NCBI RefSeq assembly: GCF_001194135.2
Contig: NC_068999.1
Location: 52,475,855 to 52,539,854, forward strand
DNA from: Octopus bimaculoides
Taxonomy: Eukaryota
Reading direction: 5' to 3'
DNA: 64,000 nucleotides
The notes under the pieces are model-generated. The model saw only the letters and a list, made by a program, of their open reading frames with translations, made no database searches and was not told the DNA's origin. Numbering within the stretch: the first letter of the stretch is position 1; every line of letters begins with the position of its first letter. Made by a program: the position numbers and the translations under genes. This document shows positions 15,132 to 28,900 of this stretch, piece by piece.

Positions 15132-15166
<35 letters not shown>

Positions 15167-17864
15167 TTTTGAGTGTCATTTAATTCTCCTGTGATGTTGT
15201 ATGTTACTACATCTGCTCTATATCTTCAGTTTATCAATGAAGGGCCAGAAATTCGAAATAGCCAAAGCTGTGGCAAAAGTCGTAATTAGTACACTAACCA
15301 AACAGGATTATGTAAATGTAATATGTGCCCGTGCCAGTCATTGGGATGAAGTTGGCAAGTAAGTAACCAAGCTAAACCTGTTGTTATTCTTACTTATATA
15401 AATATAATGTAATTTCATTATGGTCAAGGTGAGATTTTGTTGAGGAGAATTAGTGGATATCATTTCTCCAGGATTAACTGTCCCCTGTTGATATTTGATA
15501 AGGTTAAGGTGGTGAGCTGGCAGAATCATTAGCATACCAGGCAAGTAGCTTAGTGGCATTTTGGCCATCTTTACATTCTGTGTTCACTTCACATTCCGCT
15601 GAAGAGGTTGACTTTGCCTTTCATCCTTTCGGGAGGAAGTGGTGGGGTGGAGAGGAGGGAATTAAATAACTACTAATTGAGCAGTGTCCTTTGTTTCCAA
15701 TTTTTCATGAAAATAATGTCTGGTCATGAGGAAATATTACTTTGCTTGGAAATAGATGAGTGCTGGTGACAGGAAGAGCATCTGGTTGTGGAAAGTCTGC
15801 TTCAACAAATTCTGTCCCACCTATGCAAGCATGAAAAATAGGACATTAAAACAATGATGAGGACAACTGCCACCACCACCATCACCATCATGATCATCAT
15901 CATTTGGCCTGTGTCAGTCTGTGGCAAGCGTTTGGGACAAGTCTTCCTGCCAGCCCCCAGAGGCCCTGAAGAAGGTCATAGGTGTCCTTCTTTCTCTGGT
16001 TAAGCTAAAGAAATATCTGCATCAAGCCCTACAGGTTTATGAAGTTGGGTTTTATTGGGATTCTCAAGCTATTTAGGCTGTGAGTACAAGTCACCACCTT
16101 GAACAGTATGTCAGATCATCACAGGATTAACTCCCAAGTGCCGTTGATTATTAACCAGTCGTGCTGTTTGCATGGATTCTCATAACTCCATGTCACCATC
16201 CAATTCTATTTTAATTGGCAGCTTAAGTCATGCTGAATCTTTCATTGGCTGATTACAAAACCATGAACACCTCTTGTCTAAGCATTTAATATATCTTGTA
16301 CTTCAAGGGTAAGCTTAAAAGAACAGGAGACTAGCAGAGTAAACTGTAGATAAACCAGCAGAAGATGATGGGAAAACTGCTGCTGTATCTTTGATCAGAA
16401 AAATCCTGGTTCTTTAGATTTTGGTAAAGAGATTCATGATTTCTGATCCTTGTAAGCATGGTAGATGAAGAAGAGAATCACTGAGCAATGTGAAAATAAA
16501 GTGCCTTGCTCAAGGTTACAGTGTGCTACCTGGTCCAAGAATTGAACCCATGACCTGACAATTCTGAGTTTCTAATCATTGGGTCACATGCATCACTCTT
16601 CAGACTAAGTCATGCAAAACCTTTTTTTAAATATTATGCTATTAGTATCACATTCAGTTTCTCTTGGTTTTCTTTTCAGATGGCATCATTTCACTACAGA
16701 AGTCCTCAGCTGTCAGCAAAACAGAATGGTTCCAGCCACCATCGCACATCGAAAAGATTTAATTGAAAAAATTTATAGTTTAAAAGCTGGCGGGACCAGT
16801 GAATTAGAGTAAGCACTATTACATGTGTTTTCAGTTATAACATCATCATCATCATCATCATCATTTAATGTCTGCTTTCCATGCTAGCATGGATTGGACA
16901 TCATTTATTTAAATATATTCATAGTGATCCTTTTCATTATTTGTTATATTCTAGGCCCCGAAACGGTGCGCATTCTCTCCTGATGACCCCATACACTTGC
17001 TGTCTTCCAGTATGCGGAGTTCTTGACTGGTAGCACTTGCATGTGGGAGTTGTTTGCAAGACATAGTGCTTGTCTGACATGGAACTTACTTTTGTTCTAT
17101 GATTTCTGTCACTACACATCACTGACAATTGCCAATCATTTGATTATTTATTCAAGAGTTTCTCTCATTTCTTCACCTCTGTTTCTTTCCAGGAAAAGTT
17201 TCCAGATGAGTTTTGATTTATTAAATAGTTATCCCCGGACTGGTTGTCAATCTATAATAGTATTCGCTACAGATGGTGTAGATACTGATGGAGAACAAAT
17301 TCGATGCGGTCCAGGTGAGACGACATTGATAACATTGAGTCATTGCTAAAAAACTCCCTTTCAAATTCTTTTACAGTCTTTAATCATCATCACCAACATC
17401 ATTTAACATCCATTTTCCATACTGACATGGGTTGGACAGCTTAACAGGAACTGGCTCCATGGCATATATATATATCCCCAACTGGGCAAGACATTGGTCA
17501 GTTGCAGGATTACTCTTTTACTCTTTTACTTGTTTCAGTCATTTGACTGTGGCCATGCTGGAGCACCGCCTTTAGTCGAGCAAATCAACCCCAGGACTTA
17601 TTCTCTGTAAGCCTAGTACTTATTCTATTGGTCTTTTGCTGAACCGCTAAGATACAGGGATGTAAACACACCAGCATCGGTTGTCAAGCGATGTTGGGGG
17701 GACAAACATAGACACACTAACACATACACACACATACATAAATACATACATACNNNNNNNNNNNNNNNNNNNNNNNNNNNNNNNNNNNNNNNNNNNNNNN
17801 NNNNNNNNNNNNNNNNNNNNNNNNNNNNNNNNNNNNNNNNNNNNNNNNNNNNNNTATATATATA

Positions 17865-17913
<49 letters not shown>

Positions 17914-20900
17914 TATACGATGGGTTTCCTTCAGTTTCCGTCTACCAAATCCACTCACAAGGCTTTGGTTGGCCTGAGGCTATAGTAGAAGACACTTACC
18001 CAAGGTGCCACGCTGTGGGACTGAATCCGGAACAATGTGGTTCGTAAGCAAGCTACTTACCACACAGCCACTCCTACACCTACTCATTTCTGCTAGCTGA
18101 GCGGACCGGAGTAACATGAAATGATGTGTTTTGCTCAAGAACATAATACAGCACTCCATCCAAGAATTGAAACCACAATTTCATGACCACGAGTCCCACA
18201 TCCTAACCACTAATCTATGGACTAAGTAAGCCTAAAATTAAAACTGAAATTTAAAATTATGGCTGAGATTAAAAATAAGCATGCATACTTGTGTGTGTTT
18301 GTGTATACTCTTGTAATGACATCATGTGATGGTTGTAAATGAGTATTACCATCATACAAGCGAGTTTGTTCATATCCAGTCTTCTATGGAAAGTATATCT
18401 GGCCATGAGTAATATTACCATACTTGGAAACAGTTGGGGATTGGTGACAGGAAGGGCATCTGACTGTAAAAATCTGCTTCAGCAAATTCAGTCTGACCCA
18501 ATCATGTGTGAAAAAGTGGACATTAAATAATGATAATGATGTGGTTTTTAGAATTGCAAACATTATCATCATCATCATAACTATCATTTTAATGTTCAGG
18601 CTTTTATACTGACCCAAGTTGGGAGCTTTTCAATTAAGTAGTCATCTTTGCATATCAATTCTGTTGTCTTATTCTTAAGCCTGTCCTTACTACATATTGT
18701 CATATGTTCACCAAACTACTATTCCAAATACATTTTTGGGGCTTGATCAGTTTTTACATTTTAGAACTGAGAAGAAAACAACAACAATAATAATAATCCT
18801 TTCTACTATAGGCACAAGGCCTGAGATTTGGTGGAGGGGATAGTCAATGGTACTTATTTCAACTGGTACTTATTTCATCAACCCCAAAAGGATGAAAGGC
18901 AAAGTGGACCTTGGCAGAATTTGAACTCAGAATGTAAAGACAAGTGAAATACCACCAAGCATTTTGTCCAGCATGCTAACGGTTCTGCCAGCTCACACTA
19001 CCTAAACAACAACAATAATAATTATTATTATAGTTTAAGGAAAAGGAGATATTTCAAAAATATTTTCATATTCTTGTAATAATCTGTTCTGAGTGATTTG
19101 TTAAAATGTTGTAATTAGTGTGATTAAACATGTTTAAATTTCGTTTTGCAGGATATTATACTCGCAGTGGTTATGTACCAGGTCCAATCTGTAGATATAA
19201 CTGGACTAAAGTTTGGCATGTCTCCAATGAAAAAAATTTGAATCTAGCACCTCAGGTAAGAATAAATAATTATATGTATAATCACATATGCGTACAGCCT
19301 AGCTGTGTGGTAAGAAGTTCAAAGTCAAGCTGTGCCAAGCAGCTTCACTCTCTGTGCTTTAGCTCTGTTACCATAGCAACAGTCCTGAATTTTTTGTCAG
19401 ACCTCTTTTACACACACGCATACACACACGTGTGTGTGATGGGTGTAGATGAGGTCACTGTCACACAAGCAGTGTCATTCATTTCTAGTCTTCTATGAAA
19501 ACATGTCTTGTTCATCATCATCATTTAACACCCACTCTCCATGCTGGCATGGGTTGGATGGGTTAACCAGAACTGATAAGGCTAGGGGTTGCCCCAGGCT
19601 CCATTGTCTGTTCTGGCATGGTTTCTATGACCAGATGCTCTTTCTTTATCATCATCATCATCATTATCATCATTTTAATGTCCACTCTCCATGCTAGTGT
19701 GGGTCGAACAGTTTGACATGGAGTTGGCTAGCAGGGAGCTATCCTGTCTCCAACTGTCTGTTGTGGCATGTTTTCTACAGCCGGATGCCCTTCCTAACAT
19801 CTAGTTATGAAGAAATATTTTGCTTAAAAATAAATGAGAGTTGGCAACAGGAAGAGCATCTGACTGTAGAAAATCTCTCCAACCCATGCAAGGGAAAAAT
19901 GGGCATTGTTGTTGTTGATGATGATGATGGTGGTAGTAGTAGTATAAACCTATGTATTTATTTTATTTATTTATTTTTTTTTTTAATTTTCAGGCTCGGA
20001 TCTTTAGCTATCTTATAAAGGAAGATGCTGAAATTTTCCCAGGAAAGCTTGCCTGTGCCCATCATGGAAGCTTGAAAAAGCTAGAAACTGGAGAAAATCT
20101 GATCTCACAAATGTCAAATTACTTCGAATTCCTCTCATCAAATGCTAAAAATAACTTGGCACTTTGGACATCGCCATATCTTGATGCCCTTGGATTGGGT
20201 CTCATGGTGACACATGCAATACCTGTGATAAGCAATATCACTGGCAAGTAAGTTCTGTTTTATTTTGTATATATCAGATATAGGTGCAGGCATAGCTGTG
20301 TGGTTTTGGGTTCGCTTTGCAACCATGTGGTTTTCAGTTCAATCCCATTGTACAGCACCTTGGGCAAGTATTTTCTATTGTAACACCAAAGTGACCTGTG
20401 AGTGAATTGGGTGAATTTGTGAAGACCCATGGTAACTTCACTAGTGCAGGTGACACAAAAAAGTACCCAATGCACTCTGTAAAATGGCTGGTGCTAGGAA
20501 GGGCAGCAATCCATAGAAACCATGCCAACGTTGGCATTGGCACTCAACTTGGCTTTGCAAGCTAGCCGGAACCTGTCAAACTGTCCAACCCATGCCAGCA
20601 TGGAAAATGATGATGATGATGATGATGATGGTGGTGGTGGCGGCGGTGGTAGTGGTGGCGGCAGCAGGTGTTGTTGTGTTCTTACCACACAACAACACCT
20701 GCACCTATATATGTTCTTAGACTGCTGAGACAAAATGTCTTGCAGTATATAATCACTGCCCTGATTTCCTGCCTTTAGTAATAATGGTTTCCAACATAGA
20801 CACAGGGACACCAAATTTGCAGATGGGGAAAATAGCCAATGCAATCAACCACAGTGCTTGACTGGTTCTTTATTTTATTGACCCTTTCACTGAAGGATGA

Positions 20901-21797
20901 AAGGCAAGGCTGGAGAGTTGTAACTAAATATTGTAAAGGCACAAGGGTGGCTGTGTGGTAAGTAGCTTGCTTACCAACCACATGGTTCCAGGTTCAGTCC
21001 CACTGTGTGGCACCTTTGGGCAAGTGTCTTCAACTATAGCCTCGGGCCGACCAAACCCTTGTGAATGGATTTGGTAGACGGAAACTGAAAGAAGCCCGTC
21101 ATATATAAATATATGTGTGTGTGTGTGTGTATGTTTGTGTGTGTTTGTCCCCACCACCACCGCTTGACAACCGATGTTGGTGTGTTCACGTCCAAGTAAC
21201 TTAGCGGTTCGGCAAAAGAGACTGACAGAATAAGTACTAGGCTTACAAAGAATAAGTATGGGGTCGATTTGTTCGACTAAAGGCGGTGCTCCAGCCTGGC
21301 CGCAGTCAGATGACTGAAACAAATAAAAGAATAAAAGAAAAAATAGATGTATTTTGTCTGACGCTCTACCAATTCTGTTAATCTACTAAACTTGTTTGGG
21401 GGTTTTTGTATTTTTTTACAGGACAATTGGTGTAATTGGTGTTGATGCTACTTTAGATGAAATTGAAAACTTCCTGACTAAAAACCAATGGGGTACAGTT
21501 CAGTCATTCCTCATCAATAAACAAGGAGAAACCATTTTCCATCCAAAATTAAAACCAAGCACAAATGTAAGTCATATTCTGGTTGTTGTTGCTGTTATTT
21601 TACAAAGACTGTGGTTTTAGCACTGGTCTTTTAGGGTTTAATAGATAATATCAATTGTTTTTAATACCTAACTGGTATTTAAATATTTTAGTTTATTTTC
21701 TTGTTTCATCAATATTTGTAACTATCTCATAATTTCTTAGGAATTCCACAGGAGAAAGATAACCTTTTATAGAAAAGATATAAATGTGTGTGTGTGT

Positions 21798-21847
<50 letters not shown>

Positions 21848-23495
21848 AATTTAACGTCTGTTGTCCGTTGACTGGGCTGGCACACTGGAAGTCTGCACCA
21901 GGCTCCAGTCCGATTTGGTGTGGTTTTCTATTATTATCATTATTATTATTAATATTATTATTATTATTATTATTATCTTTATCTTATGATTTTTACTTTG
22001 TATTATATTATACTTATTTTTTGTGCATTTACTTATTAATTTTTTTCTATATGTGACTGTGGATTTTCATGGATGAGTTCATGAACTTTGGTTCTTTTCT
22101 CTAAATTATGTATTTATATATTATATACTGTGAAACTTAACTTAATTTTAATTTTTGATAAATTGAATTTAATTGAGTTTTTACCTGTAAATTTGGATTT
22201 TTATCCCTAATATTATTATTATTATATGTATGTATATATATATACACACATATATACATGTAAATAGAGAGAATACAAAGCCTGAAAATATTCAGACAAT
22301 GAATATCCACATACAAATGTTTAGGTATTTATATATTAACTGAACAGACGCACGCACGCACACGCACACACACATACACACACACACGCACACCCACACT
22401 GGAAGGGTTGAACTCGGCACTGCAAGTTAATGGGATATGTGTCAATCTGATATTGCTTCTGCTGGTTGATAACAGTGTTGCTGCATGGTAGAGCACACCT
22501 AGGAGGAATGGCCAAATCTAATAAAAGTGTGCATGTCATAGCTTCCATTCTGTGTTTCCTATTTGCTTAGCATCTGACTCTTCTGTTGTTTTCTTGTTTT
22601 CTATTTGGTAGTTGGTAGACGATCCTATTTTCATCCCTATCTCACAACTTGAAAGAGACAAAGATGGAAACCCACCAGAATTTGGAATCATTGAACAAGA
22701 AATGAAAGCTGGATTAACAGGACAAATCAGGATTAATGAATCCAAACATGGTGATGCAAGAGTAAGTGGAATGTTACAGTGTGTGTGTGTGGCTGTGTGT
22801 GGATGTTTAGGTATCTTATTGGTTCCTAAGTTGTTTTTATATGTGTGTCTTTGTGTATTTACTATGAGGTGGTACCAAAAAGTTCCCAGGCTAGTTATGT
22901 TTAATGAAAAAAAGCTTATTTACATCATCTCCTGTGAGATAGTCACCTTTTGCAAGAATACATTGGTCTCAACATTCCTGCCGCTTATGGAATCCAGCCT
23001 GGAAAAAGGTTATTTTCCTTAAGCAAGAGGAGAACCTTCTGTGATTCGCTCTGGATTTCGACAATAGTGTTAAAACAGCAACCTTTGGGCTGCATTTTCA
23101 TTTTGGGGAAGAGATGGAAATCCACAGGTGCTAAATCTGGCAAATAGAGCAGGTGCGGAAGCGACACCATGTTGTCTTGGGCAAGAAACTCACGAGTGAA
23201 GGAAGCTCAGTGACAGGGTGCATTGTTGTCATGAAGAATCCAATTCTTCATGCTCCACAGATCCAGTCACTTTCACCAAATGTCCTCCCTCAAATGCTTC
23301 AAGACATCACAGTAGAATTCTCGATTGACACTCTGGCATTGGGGAGACAAATTCTTGATGCACAATATCACAGATGTTGAAAAAAACAATGACCCTTATC
23401 AGACAGGTAGTCATGATGGGTATGCAGGGCTTTGTATATTTTACCCCAGTGTCACTTTGATGGCATGCACTGCTCTCTCACTCAATAACAATAAC

Positions 23496-23526
<31 letters not shown>

Positions 23527-25880
23527 TTTAATAAAGTGAATGAGACAAAGGTATAAGCATAAAATGTTATTCTGTATGTTCTCTCTTCCTCTACAGACGT
23601 ACTACTATGGAGCTTTGAATGAATCAGAATACTCCTTTGCATATATCTTAGCCGATACAGACATGGTAAGTATGGATTCCATAGATAAGTCTACAAGAAG
23701 ATGATGATTTTCTCCTACGTCTCCTGTTTTTTTTGCTGTGGCTATTGTTTTTGTCTCAGGTCAGCTCTGCTTGATAGACTTATGATCAAAAGAATTCCAA
23801 CAGTGACATACTATCCTGTCTTATTTTCAGGTAGTATATCTAGGAATACATTATGAAACATGTCATTCTCTTTTTATATATGGGATCTGAAGGCCATCTA
23901 CTCACCACACTCCATCAAGTAGAGCATTGTGGAATGATCTAAGCCAGCTTTGTTTAGTTAAAAGATCTCATATCCTTTTTAAATCAAAGAACTCTACTGA
24001 CCTATTAACTTCCAAATCTGAAATTTTTATCACATGCAAACATTTAGACAAATTTCCTTTATTGAACTGAGAAACACCACTCTCTTCAGATTAAGCATAC
24101 AGTCTCATAAACTTTGATCTCCCCATTGAATTGATTTACATCAACCATATTAATTCTGATTTAAATGGGCCAAAGGGACGCAACTCTTAATTTTCTTTTT
24201 TTTTCTCATTTTTTTTTGGGGGGGGGGTATTTTCTCTAAGACCAGCGTCCTTTCTCATTTATTGCAAAGAAGAAAAAAAAAACAGCCACACTGTATATTT
24301 GAGTTTGAAAGATTACTTGGAAACACACAGCACAATATACAAGCTTGTCAGACCATTTTGTTTTCACATCATGTAACTAGTAGAAGGTCAAATTTAAATC
24401 CTGTATTTATTAAATGATATTTATCTCTCACCGGATGTAGTACTTCTTGGTTGGTTCCCACCTATAACAGGTAACAGGATAGTGCCTCTCGTGCCAGTGG
24501 CATGTAAAAGCACCCACTACACTCTCGGAGTGGTTGGCGTTAGGAAGGGCATCCAGCTGTAGAAACTCTGCCAGATCAGATTGGAGCCTGGTGCAGCCAT
24601 CTGGTTTGCCAGTCCTCAGTCAAATTATCTGACCCATGCTAGCATGGAAAGTGGACGTTAAACGATGATGATAATTATGATATATACAAATGCATACACA
24701 CACACACACACACACTTACTGTTACTAGTTTTTCCTTCTCTTGGTTTTGTTATCACAAAGTCAAATTTCTTTTCTTCCAATCAGGAACTATATGCCCTTA
24801 AAGCATTGCAAAAGATGTTGCTCATAAGAATAATAAAAATAGACTTGTAATCTTGTCTTCTTTTTTTTTTTTCATTTCTGTTTCTTCTGTTAGAAAATTC
24901 TTTAGCTTATAATCACTTCTCAGTCTTCCTACAACAAATCCTTATATTTTGGGAGTGATTATCATTTTTGTTTTCTGTCTATCTTTCTCCATTTAATAGA
25001 TTTTTAGAAGATCGCAGGAACCAAGTGACCGCTCCAAATACGGTAAAAGCTATTACAATTTGCTCATCGAATATCGCAGTGAACTATCTCGCAAACAATT
25101 GCCTGGTGTGTGGGAACATTTAAATGTCACTGAAAATGCTCCGAGATATCCTGGACTTCGAATCTCATACAAGTTTTCCACTATTTTCTTACCTCCGATG
25201 GCACATTGTGATCCAACGCAGTATATTTATGATGACAATTTGACTCAGAAAACAATCGATGCACATAAATGGATAAACAGCTATGATGCTGACCTTGGCT
25301 GTGAATCTATGAAACAGAAATTCGAAAAAGGTGTACGGTAAGTAACATTTTGTCTCTGGTGCCACTGTTAGTGCTGGTTCCACATAAAAAGCACTGGTGC
25401 TGGTGTCACAGAGAAAGCACTGGAAATGGTGTCATGTAAAAAAAACATGAGTGTTGGTGCCACATAGAAAGTACCCAGTACACTTTGTAAAGTGGTCAAC
25501 ATTAGGAAGGGCATCCAGCCATAGAAACCATGGCAAAACTGATGGTTAGAGCCTGGTGCAACCCTCCGTCTTCCAAGCTCCTGTTAAACCGTGTGACCCA
25601 TGTTAATGATGATGATGATTGTATATATATATATATATCCATTTCCTTACTTTCTGATATATATATATATATATATATATATGTAATTTATATAAGGGCA
25701 TTACTATACAATAATGCCTCACGCTAAGAGGGACTCCAGAAGTCAAAACTACTATAAGCACATTTTTACCGATTGCGAGGGAATGCAACTTTCAAAGCTA
25801 ACATCCTAAAAACTTTTAACTTAACGGTAAACCAATGGAGCGACATGCATGCTAATTTGTGGACGTGCATAAATTACATT

Positions 25881-25912
<32 letters not shown>

Positions 25913-28900
25913 AAACCTGCCTTTTATATATACAGATATATATACAGATATATATATACACAAACACAAGCACTTATGCACACATATACATATATCTTTA
26001 TTGACTATCTATTTTTCACCTTTCTTTATTTTAGAGCTGATGTACTGATTACAGAACCAATTGAAGAAATTTGGAAGACCCGAGCATTTGAATCTTTAAG
26101 TCAAGTAAAATGGACTAATATTGGTCTACGGAGTGGGGTTTTCCGTACTTACCCAGGTCATCGTTCAACCAGGATGTATAACCCTGTCAAGTAAGTGAAA
26201 TATGGGGGCATTATGTTTGATGGTTTACCCACATTTTAGTTCAATAAGTGTTTCAATAGAAGATACATTGGTTTATGTAGGATTGTTTTGGTGATTTTTT
26301 AATCTCACACACACACACACACACCCTCTCTCTCTTTTACTCTTTTACTTGTTTCAGTCATTTGACTGCGACCATGTAGGAGCACCGCCTTTAGTCAAGA
26401 AAATTGACCCCAGGACTTATTCTTTGGAAGCCTAGTACTTATTCTATCGGTCTCTTCTGCCGAACCACTAAGTTACGGGGACGTAAACACACCAGCATCA
26501 ATTGTCAAGCGATGTTGGGGGACAAACACACACACACACATATATGCATATACATAGACACGACGGGCTTCTTTCAGTTTCCATCTACCAAATCCACTCA
26601 TAAGGCTTTGGTCGGCCCGAGGATATAGTAGAAGACACTTGCCCAAGGTGCCACGCAGTGGGACTGAACCCAGAACCATGTGGTTAGTACGCAAGCTACT
26701 TACCACACAGCCACTCCTGTTGGGAATCTTTTTTAACTTAGGTCTTGTATTTATTGTTCAAATTTATTATTGTCATTATCATCATCATCATCACCACTAT
26801 TATTAACACTACCACCATCACCATCAACATCACAATCATCATCACTATCATCATCAGCATCACCATCATTGTCATCTTCATCATCATTATAAAAGTGTTA
26901 TCAATGCAATATGATCGCTTCCTTCCCTCTTTCCAGACGTCCCTGGTACAAACGTACCAGTTCTGCACCTCACAAGACATCAATTTCCACACCATATATG
27001 GACGCTGCAGGAGTCGGAAAAATTGTCACAATTTCCCAAGCTGTCTTTGAAGGAATGACTCCAAGAACAACAGAAGAATGTGCCAAAATGAAAGGCCCCA
27101 AACCTGGAGGTTGCACATGTAATTTTGATGAAGACTGTCTTAGTAGTAAGTTTCATTCTACAATTGGAATGCATTTGCAATGAAAGAGTAAGTATATGTA
27201 TGTCTATGTGGTGTTTGGTTGGCATCAGGAAAGGCATCCAGCCATGCCAAACCAGACTGGAACCTGGTGCAGCTCTGCAGCTTGCCAGCTCTGGTCAAAC
27301 CATCCAACCCATGCCAGCATGGACAATAGACGTTAAATGATGAGGATGTGTGGATACAGTTTGGTCAAGGGTGTGAGACATTTTGAGACCATTTATTGGG
27401 TGTTCCTCATTTGATGCTGACTTATTTGACATCAGACGTCTTAATCTTTCTTTCATTCTCTCTCTCTCTCCTCCCTCTCTTTCCCTTTCACCCCCTCTCT
27501 CTCTATCTCTGTTTATGCATCTGAGTGTATTTCCTTTTATGTGTGAGGAGAGGAACAGTGTTTGTGTCAATTGTGCTCATCCCCATCCTCCTCATCTCAT
27601 CTTCATCCCCTCCTCCTCGTCCCCCTCTTCATCCTCTCCTCGTTACGTCATCCCCCTCATCCCCTCCTCCTCATCCCCCTCTCCTCATTACCTCATCCCC
27701 CCCTTGTCCCCTCCTTCTCGTCCCCCTCTTCATCCTCTCCTCGTTACCTCATCCTCCTCATCACCTCATCCCCTCCTCCTCATCCTGACCTCCTCATCCC
27801 CATCCTCACAACTTCCTCATCCTGTCCTCCTCATCCTCTTCCTTATCCCCTTCCTCCATCATCCCCCTTATCTTCCTCTCCCTCCCCCACCTCTTGATGT
27901 GTAAAGAATTACTTATATAGTCATTAACTGATTTGCAAAATCGATTCTTTTACTCCATAGGAGTCTGCTACGTGAGTATGGCACCAGGACCAAATTCTCA
28001 GTATCGGCGTTGTGCAACAGAACGTGTTGAAGCAGTAACAGGTTTGGACATTCTCTACGATGATTTCCAGAATANNNNNNNNNNCCAAACAAGGTAAATG
28101 TTGGAGACTTCAAATTATATTGTCTTTGTTGTGAGAAATGTGGTGGTGGTGGTGGTGGTGGTGGTGGTGGTAATGGTGGTGGTGGTGGTGACGATGTGGG
28201 ATCTCAAAATTTCCTTCTTATTTTCCCATGTCTGTGTTGTTTATTGTAAGACGTGTTGATCTGTGTATTTGTTAAACTGTTTCTCTGTGGATGCCTTTAA
28301 AAGCCTTATTATGATTTCATACAGTCTCCCTCTGTCTCATCAGGATCACTATCATCCAGTGTTTTAAATCTGGGCTTTGTCTCCATTAGCAGGGGTGGCC
28401 AGATCTACTTCAATGCCATAGCAACCGCCCTCACACCATCTTGCCATCTTACCTGGTTTTGGGCATCATGCTCTTCATCCCTCCTCAACATACACCAATA
28501 CCACTTCATTCCATTCTGTCTGTCTCGGACATTTAGCGAGATGTAAAACCGAATCTCTAGTGAAACTTTTTATTTTTTTATTTATTTATGTACCAGAAGA
28601 GACCCAGAACAGGTCAAAACATGTGTCGTACTAAATAAAATCTTTTTTCCCATCTATTTTATTAATACTATATATATATATATATATATATCTTACAGTT
28701 CTATATTTATACTGCAGTAGATACCATGGAAGAAAACTATACTGTCAGGATAAACATTACTTCTCAGTATTAATACTGTCTCTGTCGCTAATATATATTT
28801 TCTACTAAACTGATAATATTGGTTTATTTCCAGATGTTACCTCTTTGATTCCAATGCATATCTAGTAATGGACCCAGATTTCATTTTGGCTAGTAACCTG

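Noticed and set aside
26738-26900. Met/Ile-rich ORFs suggesting a membrane peptide
   Set aside because: This is a degenerate (CAT)n microsatellite in an intron.
27383-27904. Pro/Ser-rich 173-aa ORF
   Set aside because: It is the translation of the C-rich low-complexity tract.
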